Origin: Sarea resinae
Taxonomy: Eukaryota
Length of the DNA: 64,000 nucleotides
Assembly (NCBI GenBank): GCA_026026165.1
Contig: JAPEUD010000022.1
Coordinates: 62,001-126,000, forward strand
Direction of reading: 5' to 3'
Position numbers and translations under genes: made by a program. The notes below the pieces were generated by a model. It was not told the DNA's origin, did no database searches, and saw only the letters and a list, made by a program, of their open reading frames with translations. Within the stretch, counting starts at the first letter, position 1; each line of letters starts with the position of its first letter. This document shows, piece after piece, positions 12,726-24,172 of this stretch.

Positions 12726-15299
12726 TCAATCTTCTGACAAGAAGAATCGATCATCAAATGGGACGTGGTAATGCTCATCACTTCTTGGACTCGGGATAGC
12801 CCAAAAATCGTCCGAGAGGAAACCGTTGATGGCTTCGGCGTCAATGGTGTCGTCTGTCATCACAAAAGATGGAATCTGACACTGTTCAGACGACGAGAAC
12901 GGCCGCCGGTTCGGATTCTGGTCGAAGCCATCATGCCCGCCGCTGGACTCCCCATTGGAAGGAGAGCAGTGAGGTTCCCCGTGAGAAGCAAGCTCCATGG
13001 TACGGACGCCTACCAGATTTCCATATGGTGGTGGGTGTGCTGAGTTCCTGTTTTCCTCGTCATCGCCTTGTGAGCTCTGCATCGATTTACGTTTCAGATA
13101 GGAGTGTGAGAGGGCTTGAATGGTTGGTTCCGGCCTCTGGGCGATATCGCGAGTCTGGTTGGTTGGCGAGGCATCCACGGTCTGGCCGCGCATGAAAACT
13201 GACGAGCCCGTGCCGTCCGGCCAATTCCCGGATATGGTGGTATCTTTGAATACGTCGACGACGCCAAGGCACCAGGCCATTCCCTCGAGAAGTCGAGAGT
13301 AGTAGACTGTTGGAAACTGGGGATGCTGAAGAGTCAAGAGTGCTTCGTAGACGGCGTGTAAAATCGACGCTGCTCCTTTCGCCTCTTGAACCGGATCGTC
13401 AAGCATCAGTTCGAAGAGCTCAATGAACGATATCATAGGATATGAACGAAATAATCTGGCGACAAATGAGCTAATAGACCTAAGATTGAAGGGATTCCAA
13501 TTACCTTCCGCGTAGCGCGACCGCGCCGGGACTCGGGCCAAGCTTGTGTACGTCGGCGATGATGCGAAGTGCGAGCTTTGCGCTTTCCCGACATTGCTCT
13601 TTACCAGCATGTTCATCAACACGTCTATAGATCAGAACCCTGCCGACATTAAAACAGTACTTCAGCTCTAATTTGATAAACAGAATTGCGGGTATTGCGT
13701 CCAGGGCCGGCTTGCCCATCAAGTCCTTGTACTGGAGGCTCCAATTCCACAGGGAGCTGTCCAGCTTCGGCGCCTGCTCGTTTCGGTGCGCTTGTCCTTG
13801 TCTGATCGCCCTCGGTGAGTAAAGAGTGATGTATATCTCCTCCCAAAGAGACATCAGATGGACTTGTGCTCGAAGGTACTTGAATATCGGGCGTCCAGGC
13901 TTACAAAAGGCTAGATCAATGTCTGAATCGAAGAGGTGGAGATCACAAGGCTGGCCGGACATAAAACATCGTTGCTTGTCCATCACATACAAGGCCCAGA
14001 AAAGGCTCTTGCGCTCTCGCCCGACGTCTTCTGTTTCCAGTCGTAAATTGTGGCAATAGAAAGACTGTTGCTGACCGATAGATCGAATGATGTGGCAGGC
14101 TCTCGGCAGCAGCTTTGTAAACACGCGACTCTCGTAATATTCACGAGCGACCATAGCCTGTCGATATAGACTCAATGTCAATTCCTTTCTGGGGGCTCGT
14201 GAAATTCATTGGCCGTAACGATCGATTGGCGAACTCACAAGTGTACAGAGAGCCTGGACGTGAACAAGGGACGGGCTGCTGAAAGAGTCAAGCTTTTGAA
14301 GTGCTCGATGTGAAGTCTTCAAAAAGGACTGGACAATGTCATCCTCGATTCCGCCAGCAAAGTCTGAGCTATTGTACCGTGTGACCCTTGAGCTGAGACA
14401 CATGACTAAGAGGATGATGTTGTTGAAGCACAGGTTCCACGCCTCGGCGTTTCCGACACTCAATCCCGAGTAGCGCATTTCGATAGCCTCGCGCAAACGT
14501 GCATCTTCAAAGATGGGCGTGTAAAGGTTGATTTCTGCAAGAAAGGAGTCGATAGAGGAGTCGACAAATGAACGTGGCGGGAGCTCAACCGCTTTTCCAT
14601 CTCCACAGAAGACTGGCTCGCCGCAATCTTGCTTGAAAGGAAATGCTTCGATTTTGCTTCGGAGCTCTGACAGTATCCATGGGCTGTTGTCTGTTACATT
14701 TCGCAAGCTCGCCTTTTCAGCAAGATCAAGATCATTTTCGAGATTTTCGGCGAGCCGCCTATATGCGGCTTTGAATGGTGACAGCAGAGACGTGGCGCCG
14801 TAGAACTGTTCTCCACCACTTCCATCTCCGTCGTGATGCACTGAGCTGGGTTGGCTGACACTCTCCTTGCTCGACTCGCGTGAGTCCACAAAGTACCCAA
14901 CCTCTTTGCGAGAAGGATTCGTTGCCGACGTGTTCTTCTGCGAATCGAGAGACGTCGATGGCGTGCTTCCGCGGGAGCTTGTCTGCTGGACCAGCTTTGC
15001 CAGAGAACCCTCAATCAAGTCGAGCCGATCGGTGACGGCTGAAAAACCATTGAGCCTGTCCAACCTCAGCGATCTTGCCCCATTACCCGGTAGGACTCGT
15101 CAATCTATAATTGTTTGGTGTGATTGATTCTCTTGCTCTGGCTTGAGAAGCCGCACGACACATTGGCCTTGATGCAGTTTGAGCATTCAGGCAGTTGACG
15201 ATCACAACGAACTTTGCGGGCTCGGCACTGATCGCACGCCTGACGGCCGGAAAGATCGTTCTCCTTGATGTTAGATGGGCGTTGGGCAGCCGACGACAT
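12726..15299 (-). CDS. Zn(II)2Cys6 transcription factor with a fungal-specific TF domain; first intron donor defective (possible pseudogene)
   Basis: [29 protein letters not shown] and [14 protein letters not shown]. Introns 2 and 3 are canonical, but intron 1 (15108-15056) begins AT instead of GT. Confidence 0.85.
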
Positions 15300-15816
15300 C
15301 TCCGGCGAAGCCAAGTGCCATTATTCGCAATTAGGCGGTCGGAGGTGGAGAACAATGGCCTTCAATGTTGTCGTTCGCCAATTACTCATGACTGGCCCTG
15401 TTGCTGTGACACAGAGCCCCACCCTGTGCAGGGCGAACCGAGCTGAACCCTAACCCTTGCATCTTGCATTCTCAGCCTTATATCCATGGATGGATCCGTG
15501 ATGCTTGTTCGAGTCAAAGAGCTGCGTCGATGAGAGAAACTGTTTGCACTGTTCAAGTTACAACCTCGCAAGTTTTCCCCGCCTTTCAGGCTTTTGCTGG
15601 CTTCTATTCAGTGGAATGAGCGTCATTGCCACGAGAGCTATGAGATGTGATAAGATTGATTGAGGACGATCACACTTTAAAGGTAATCGATATTGTCTAC
15701 TGATCTAGGCACGGGTATGGATCCAGCTAGTCGTATGTATCTGTAATAGTTCTATTATACCTTAGAAATTCACACTGGTATCAATTTTCGATTTCTGTAC
15801 TAGATTCCAGTTTTTT

Positions 15817-16749
15817 TTACGACCAAAGATCCAGAAACAGCATCTGAAGCCACGGCAACTCGGCATCAAAAGGGTCAAGTATCTCAGGAATAGGATTGAC
15901 GAAGTCATCAGTCCAGCGCGCCGCACAGTTTGCCATTGAATACTCCCAGTAGCTTGGGTGCCACCCGGACTTCTCCCAGTCGATCAGGGCGACCTCAAAC
16001 AAGGCACCTCTACTCTCACAATCGGGATCCGTCGTCCGCTGATCTGAGTGGATGCTACAAATAATAATGTTCTTTCGCTGGAAATCTCCGTGGGGAAATG
16101 TGGCGTCGTGGCTGTGGAAGAGGCGTGCCAGGGTCTGTCTGTAGAATTCGGCCCTGAAGGGAGACCGCGTCTCACATTCGGCGAGATATTTGAGCGTGAA
16201 GGCTTGGTTCAAGGCAGTCTCGGTCAGGAACGGCCCGTTGATGAGGGCATTCTCCTTTAGGGTCCAGAACATAGTGTCGAGACAGTGCCGGTTGCCAATA
16301 CTGCCATAGTACCTGGGGGATGGAAGGGCGCGAAGGGCATTGATAGAAGACCTTAGTGACGCGATAATGTCTTTCTTTTCTTTCGGGGACAGCCGCGGCC
16401 AGAGCGTGGTGAGCACCTCCCCCTCGATATATTCCATTATGACGTAGTTGATGGCGGTCTCCGGGTCGTTGTAGAGGGCGTTGACTTTGGGCAGCTTGAC
16501 TCTGGTCTGTGCCGAGACAAAAAGCATGTTCTCCCCTTCGATGAGATCGAGCATGGGACCAAATTTGATGAGGAAGTGAGCGCGTACCCGGACAATCGTC
16601 TGACTGCTACGTTCAAAGAGGACACGCGCACTTTGGATCTCGGCCAATGTTGGAAGAACATCTGGTACAGAAGCCGCGAAGTAAGGTAGCTGGATAGGAA
16701 TTCCATGTTTAGGGTTTGGTCCGTTAGAAACGGAGCATATGTATTGCAA
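15817..16749 (-). CDS. APH/choline-kinase-like phosphotransferase; no in-frame ATG at the 5' end, possibly decaying
   Basis: YVIMEYIEGE, HGDFQRKNII and LIDWEKSGWHPSYWEY. The ORF opens on TTG and the frame upstream reaches a stop without an ATG. Confidence 0.7.
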   Translation of the reverse strand: MQYICSVSNGPNPKHGIPIQLPYFAASVPDVLPTLAEIQSARVLFERSSQTIVRVRAHFLIKFGPMLDLIEGENMLFVSAQTRVKLPKVNALYNDPETAINYVIMEYIEGEVLTTLWPRLSPKEKKDIIASLRSSINALRALPSPRYYGSIGNRHCLDTMFWTLKENALINGPFLTETALNQAFTLKYLAECETRSPFRAEFYRQTLARLFHSHDATFPHGDFQRKNIIICSIHSDQRTTDPDCESRGALFEVALIDWEKSGWHPSYWEYSMANCAARWTDDFVNPIPEILDPFDAELPWLQMLFLDLWS

Positions 16750-18049
16750 TGGTGCACTGGTGGCTGTGAGGACCGGTGGGGGATGGGGATCAGTGTCTCG
16801 GCTTCTCGATCTTGCCAGGCGGCGCTAGTCTCGCTATGGTCAATTGTTGATCTTCCCTGATCTTCTCTATTGCTCTACTTTAGCGTAACAGATTTTATTG
16901 CATCTTGCGCTTTTTCGCTCTACGTGCGAGAGAGATCATCAACTCAACGTGATCCCTGAGTGGATACTTTCAGCGGACGAGTTCGATGTATAGATACCCA
17001 AGAAGAGACATGAGACGAAAAGGGGATTCGCATAATCTATCAATTATCCCCGCAGGCTTAGCGTCCTCAGCATCGTTTGTTGACAGGAGACACTACAACA
17101 GTATAGTCTACTGAGGACTACATAGCAGACTTAGCCATCGATAGAGCACAAGTATGAGAAGATAGTATTCTTTCTGCCAGGCCAAATACTCAAGTCGACA
17201 GGATGAGTCGAATGAGTTGGATAGCGATGATCCTCCCAGCCATTCGGATCTTGTGATTAGGGATGGCATTTGTGAGTCTTCTAACCTCCCTTTTAGATGA
17301 ACTAGTCTCTAGACCTTCCTGCGATATCTGTTTGCCAGGGTGTGATAAGAAGCAGTCACAGATCAGACCTGAAGCAGAAGTGAATTCAGTACATCAAAGG
17401 TACTTGGGTGCGTCAAGAGCATCAAGATGTGCGTCTGCCATTCACCCTTGAGAATCCCAAGCTGCTACGAGTTTTCAATTCCAGATATCCACGGAATCCG
17501 GACATTCACTGAATCCTAAAGGTGAATAATACACTCACTAAGCTTTTACTGACTACTTTAAATCAGACCTGATCCACGTACTTTGATTCTTCTTTTATCA
17601 ATACGGACAGTCTTCGAAAACGGGATAGCAGTATGGCATCTGCAGATCTAGACGACAACAACGAAAGACTGTTGTTAGCCCTGTAACTAATAATTTTCCA
17701 ATCATATGCAGATCTTCAACATAGCCAGCGATCAGTCAAGCTCGAGCTTAGATATGTGTCAGTAAAATAGCGTGGACTACATCTATTGAGCCAATAGCAA
17801 AATAATCGACATAACCTGGCCTGTCAGACCAGATATGTATACGGCTGAACGCAAACAGATCCTAGAAATGTAGCTTTTTTTTTCGGGTTCCTGCTCGCCA
17901 AGTGCTGCAAAGACATTAAAGTCATGTGTGTCTAGTTCTATCAGAATTTTATCAAAGCAGATAACTTGTATTAGGTTAAGATAGGGAGCTGTCGAGTGCT
18001 CGCCTACTCAGGGACCGTATCGCTCTGGACTAGAAAGCTATTGTCGAGG

Positions 18050-21030
18050 AATTAAGAGCCTAAGAGTTCGCCGTGAAGACTTTTCTGATATCACGTCGTG
18101 AAACGAGGGAGAGGTCCTCTTCCCGTACTGGACGCGACTCGTTTTCCTCCGCGATCTAAGAAACCAGCAGTTTGATGACACTATTCAACTAGAATTTCAC
18201 GGAATTGAGGAGACACGTGAAGCCTACATCACGGCTGAAAAAAAGGTCCTCAATAGTATAAGACTTGAAGTGGAGAATGACAGAGAATACACACGTGAGT
18301 TTCCCTTCCACAAAGCATAGGCCTGACCTAACGTGTGTAGAATTGGATGAAGTTTGCAAATCTTCGGAGTTTAACTGTCAATGACTTTGCGAAGAAGAAG
18401 CCAACGCCGCCTTCATGGGGAAACCTGAAACGTCGACTAAACAACGTGGGTCCTAACCTGGATTGTGGTTGTATAGTGTCAGAAGAGTATAAGAGTCTTT
18501 TCGCCGCGGGCAGAGAGCTTCTAGCTGCGGCAGTTGGCACGTAGGACGTACAATCCCGCCAACGCATCCTCCTTAACCCCTGACCCGCAGATAGTAAGAA
18601 CAGCAAGTACGAAGAGACGATCACTATTATTCGCGTTAAGACTAACTTGCTAACCACAGGAGATCATTAGGGGATTTCTAAAGACAATGTCCGCATTTCT
18701 AAGTATGTTGGCCAGGTAGTAAAGAGGGTCCACGTCACAATAGACTTCGCTGACCCTACCGCTAAACGGCACTCTAACACTCTAAGGGTTGTTGGCTCAA
18801 TAGAGGACGTCAAGGATGACTGGGGCCTAAATCCAGACACGAATTTCGATACTGCTAGCATCTTGGTCGATGGCTTTACGCCTAATCTCACGCTAGTCCC
18901 TTTCTTGAACCACAAAAGACTAATCATCCCTAAAGATTGGCCAATCAATAAGAGCCAACGCCAGGTAGTTGTTTCCGCTCACAATTCTCTTAGAAGAGTG
19001 GCAGTCGTACAGAGCGGACCAGAAATTAGCCAGACCACCACGACAGAATTCGTTGTTTTAAGCCGAAACATCTCGTACCCGAACATCGGAATTCTATACG
19101 TTGTGGTCACGAATGCGGGCGTAAACCATGGCGTGGGAAAATGCGAGAAAACTAGCAAGCGCTTTAACGGCTTGGTGGATATTTGCTGCATATGCTCGCC
19201 TAGTCATATCGGCCGCAATCCCCTGACTCGTGGCATGCAATTAAGTCTACAGAGCAGTCTATACAACCTTGCTAGCCGACGACTTGCGATTGCATCTCGG
19301 AGTCTGGCGAGATAGCGTGTGTATCTCAAAGGTCTCGAGTGGATCGGCAAGTATAGGTGTATCTCAGACAAGGTGTTCAGAGAATCGTTCCAGGAGAATT
19401 CGGATCTACTCGACAAATCAATACTAGATGATACTCGTATCCTCTTTATCACCTGTACTAACACGGGCTTGCACCTCCTTCACAGAATAATCCTTGATCC
19501 TGATTTGACACAGCCTAAATATGTCTTCCTAATCAGAAAGAACGAGCAAATCGTCTGACAATAGGCGTTAATTAGACCCAGTATCACAGAGATATCAAAG
19601 GATATGAGATTTGACGTCTTCAGGAAAGGAAACAGTTCAGACATTAAGGATTGTCCTGTAACTATTGTTATAAACATGCTAATAGAGAATAGGGAGCTCC
19701 TTCTAGATTAAAGTTGCAATATTTTTAAAGCCTACTAATATAGACAGAAAAAACATAGTCTTATATTAACTAGGTATATTGAACACCCCTCAAAAATTTA
19801 CAGGCTAGATATTAAGAGCTGTGTAATGATTTCTTACAAAACCTAGTTGCAATCTAGCACTTTAATGCAACGCAGATAACGCTAAGAAGGAGAGAGATAT
19901 TACAAGCTAGACTTAGTCCTCTTTTAGAAAGCTAGGTTGCGTTCTAGCGGCATCTGGCCTTGATCGAAGAGTCGGAAATCATGTTATAGATCAAGATAGA
20001 TCAAGTCCCATATGGGCCGCTACCGCTTTGGCTAAATTGTCGACAATATCCATGGATGTTATGTTTATACACGCAGCGCCAGCACCAGCGCCAGCGCCCA
20101 ATGGTGTTGACCTGAGGAATAACAATAAGAACTGAATATTCTCTTACACTAAGACAAATTTCAAGCTAATTAACATAACTTTCTGCTACATACAGAGTAG
20201 TAGATACAAGACTAAATTGCGTTGCAGTGTGGTGTCAAGGTAGAGTAGGTGCGCTTGCATACAAGTGTTTTGATCTTCCCGCCCCGCTACTGCCGCGGCT
20301 GGGTATCGGTATATTTCGCGTCGGCGAAAGGCCCTGACATTCTCTTACCGATGCTTTTCCCAACCCTCTGTGCGCGGCAGTTCCGAAGCACTTGACAGGA
20401 GACCACGCGCAAAACAGGCCAGTCTTGTTGACGACGATTGGAATTTGTGCCTCGACGCCTCAAGCCCCTAACGCTAATCTCCTACAGCAGCGCAAGACAT
20501 ATAGAGAAACTCCTATCCCTGATGGAACGCTGGGTAGAGATCAAAGATTGGCTCTATACTCTACTGGCAACTCCAGATCGCGAGCATCCCGGTCTAGGGG
20601 ACGCACGCTACCAGCAAGAGTTTCTACCAGGGTCGTATATATCTGCCTCGCCGTCGACAAGTGATCGCCCGTTCAGAGTCCGGTTTGCACCGATCAGCAA
20701 GACTGTGCGATTCTACGACGCGTCGCCCGGCCACTCCATCACCTCAATAGCGCCCAATATCTCTTCAACGTCGCGCATGGTCGACACTTGACGGACGTGA
20801 GCACTTCCAATAAGAGGGAAGCCCAGACCATTTCGAAAATTGTGCAAGGGCTGATGGCAATGGGTGTCGCCGCTAAAGATGTGACTGTGCTAGCTTTCGA
20901 CAGGGCACCGGTTGAGCTCCTGAGGAAGGGTAAAGCGTGCAAGTGATGGCTGGTTTTCCGATGTCGCAACCGTCGATCCTTGGCGTAGACAGTGGGATCA
21001 CAATTGCCATGTCTTCTCCGACTGATCTGT
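18050..21030 (+). pseudogene. Degenerate Upf1/Dna2-type SF1 helicase (AAA_11/AAA_12-like); boundaries approximate
   Basis: Ordered motif remnants: INKSQRQVV (Q motif), VQSGPEISQTT (Walker A), ILYVVVTNAGVNH (Ia), ILFITCTNTG, LTGDHAQNRP (III), SLMERW, PDREHPGL, SNKREAQ..IVQGL..GV..KDVTVL and VATVDPW. Many stops and frameshifts. Confidence 0.75.
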
Positions 21031-21085
21031 TATGTTACATCCGGGGTGATTTTCTTTAAGTTGTTGTTGTTTCCGTCCGTGGCTA

Positions 21086-22471
21086 TTGAGAAGCAGCCCT
21101 GTGACTGTTATGCTGACCGTCCGGCCTGATACCGACAAGGACTGGACACCAATCCAGGATGGCATTATCAAAATCCTGGAGCAGGGAACCCTTCTCGATG
21201 TTGCAGTCGAGATTGCAAGGGGACAGAAAGTGCTTTTCGAAATTTCAATTTGTACCCGAACAGATAAAAGCTCCTCAAGGGAGCGCTTCCTTTCGATTCA
21301 GATAGTTCGACAGAGCTTCTCTTCGATTAGAGCGATCGACAGGCAGACGTGGACGTGGCTGTGGGGCTAGCGGCGCGAGGGGAGCACACGATGGGCGTCA
21401 AGAGCTATTCCAAGAGAGCCGGCACCCTCGGTGGATTTAGAGAGCTTCTCGATGATGATGGCCAAGAGCCCGTTCGCGTTAACATTCTATCACTGCGCCG
21501 TACAAACAACAGACGATGCCTTGGCGCTAGCACGAGAAGGTGCGTGACCTGTGTCTCCTTAGATCTGTGGGAGTCAGACTAACCTGGTGCAGACCTTTAC
21601 CGTTTCCACCAAAACGGCATCCCGCCAAACAAAGTGGCCGATGCCTTGCAAGTTGACCAGCCGGGCCGGAAGGATCTTGAACAGGTCATGGACGAATAGC
21701 GTGCGGACGCAGATGATTTTCTATTGCCCATTGATGCCGCATTTCTCGAACGATACGAGACAAGTCTCGCTGGCTACCGGCGAAAGATCTTAGGGGCCGA
21801 GAAGATGCAAGGGAATTCGCTCCTGGGACCTCTGTACGCTGCATCTGGGATGCGTCTCGCGGACAAGCTGCGCGAGCAAGTATCACTAGATTGGACCCTG
21901 ATCCGTACAAAGCCGTTCCGCATGCAGGATGCAAAGAATCTGGTGAGTCCTTTCGAAGTTGTCTGCTTAAAACGTCTACGTCAGTCGTAGGATACGAAAA
22001 TGAGTTGATTGCAGATGCCAGGATTTAAAGAGGTCCCAAGGCCGCAGAAGGGCTTATGGTCTCCCAAGGCTGCTCCGCTCATGAGCTCCCCCGACTCAAA
22101 TGGTCTTAAATCCGAGGCAGCACGTCTATAAAATTGGCAAGGTAACGCGTTGTACCCATGGCGTATTCCAACCCCTTCAGAGCGCCATCCTCGACACTTG
22201 GTCCTCTTGCGTTACGACAGGCGGGCCGACCAAACCTGCCACATACGAATATAGTGTCCTGGGTCAGCAGGGTACCGCTGAACGACTTTTCGCCCAGCCT
22301 GGAGATTCCGGCTCATTGATCGTCGACAATGAAGGGTCATTTCTAGGCATGCTTTTCGCCGGCGATCTTCACACTGGACGAGGATACTTCACCCCTGCCT
22401 AGATTTTGTTTGCCGACATTCTCGAGCGGATAGGAGCCAAGGAGATCCGGCTGCTAGGGACGTCTGCATAG
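21086..22471 (+). pseudogene. Degenerate trypsin-like (PA clan, Nal1-like) serine protease
   Basis: AGTLGGF, FALTFYH (His, reached by a frameshift, about 21474), LDWTLI (Asp), VYKIGKVTRCTHG and FAQPGDSGSLIVD...GMLFAG (Ser, about 22301). An in-frame TAG at 22400 precedes the natural-looking C-terminus. Confidence 0.75.
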
Positions 22472-24172
22472 GCACTCCCATCGCGACGACTGCTTCTGTT
22501 CTTCTGTTCTGGTTGTAATGTAGAGTCGTTAGCTTTCTTTGGTAGCTTTACTCGATCATTGCGCTTGGAGTATTACAGTTCCGAGGCACTTTAGTTGCGG
22601 GATTCGACCTTACCTTTACACATCATATTTTGTCAGAATGCAGTATGTAAACGAATTAAAAGCAAGTCCTTGAAGGGGGCGCTACCCTTTTGGCTTGTTG
22701 TCTAACATAACTGCGTGCCCTATTATTAGCGAGGTCCTCTCTATGTCAGGAACTATTCCTGACAGCACTGGCGACGTTGTTAAGGCTGACGAGTAAGGAA
22801 GCCTAACAGGATCGTTCATCTCTTCAGGTATCATCGACTCTGTTGACTCGCAAAGGGGAGAGTCAGACGTAAGCTTCTGTCTCCGGGACGAAGTTTCCGG
22901 CTCGTCCTGAGCGAAAGGACTTAAGTACTGGGACCCGAGCTCGTCTGGATTGTCTCGTGCCGACGAGCCACTTTCAAAAATCGGGACTGTGAGTCACCGG
23001 GAGTAGGTATTGCAGCGTGTCTGAGTCCACTTCCTCGTTGTTGCAATAGCGGCGTAGCGTTCGTTGGCCTCGAAGACGTTGATTGCAACACACTAAGTGC
23101 CTCAGGCAGGGTCAGTGGCCTGAATGATCCGTGGCCTTTCTCCCATTCAAATTCGGCCCTCCTCATAGGTCGTCGCGCTAGACCATTTGGAACATCGATC
23201 CAGTTAGTAGATCAGTAGATCACTGGCAGCACTGGACGTACTACAGGCCATTCCAGCAACGGCCTTTGGTTAGCTGAGCTGGGTAGTAAGACATGATCGG
23301 CAAAAGAAACCGCCATGAACTGTAGAGACGTCCGCGTCGAAAGCTGTCATGGAGCAGCAAAAACGTGATCAATATGCTCGCAGTATCCGCGTCCAGAACC
23401 ACTGTGTGGAGGACAGAGAGAGAGACTTTCGATGGGGGAAAGTGATTCTCTGTAAGGACAACTACTTACCTCAGTTGAGGGAGAGACATCTATCACGCTC
23501 TCTCGTCCCTATTTTCACGCCGGTTTTTTAAGTTTTTTCGAGCAGGATACCCATCTTACCTACCGTGGACGTAGAATTTCAAGCTATTGGCAGTCCCACG
23601 TGCGCGGGTATACCCAAGGTAGAGAGATAAGAGAGGCTGGTGAGGGTGTATTGATAGAAGAGAAAGTCCGTACAATATATTTGGGTATCCAAAGACGCTC
23701 GCCACGACTGTTTTTTGTAAGGGGATAGAATGGTATAGTAAGTCCTCTATATAGATTGTGCAAGTGGACACGGAGGATCTCTGCAAGGAGAGGGTTTCAC
23801 ATGGTCTGGCGGAAGAGCGACAGAGCTAAGGTATGCCATTGGATGAGTACTGCATGGTCGTGAGGGTTGGAGGCCTAGGGGCTGATCAGGATCGCGCGAG
23901 CGAGATGATAGGCTTCAGCCCGACCTACCTGTAATTTTCCAGAGCGGCTCTTTGGTTGGAGAACTACGCATGCTCTGTCGACCTCACATCGCACCAATTG
24001 CCTCCGAGGCATGGGTGCATCATTGGGAACTGGCAGCACTTGTCCAATACTCGTTCAAACCCGTTCGATTCATTTCCGCTATTGGTCGTCGCTAGCTATC
24101 GTCTGCATCATCTCATGTCATAAATCCTGCCTCCCCTCTGTTACCTCTCATCTAGAGGCTAGAACGTCCCCT

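Noticed and set aside
15446..15456. AACCCTAACCC resembling a telomerase RNA template or telomeric repeat
   Set aside because: It is under two repeat units, lies in a TF promoter, and has no visible pseudoknot or CR4/5 context.
18050..22471. Helicase plus chymotrypsin-like protease as an endogenised RNA virus
   Set aside because: The protease remnant contains spliceosomal introns (for example 21540-21592) and no RdRp motifs were seen.
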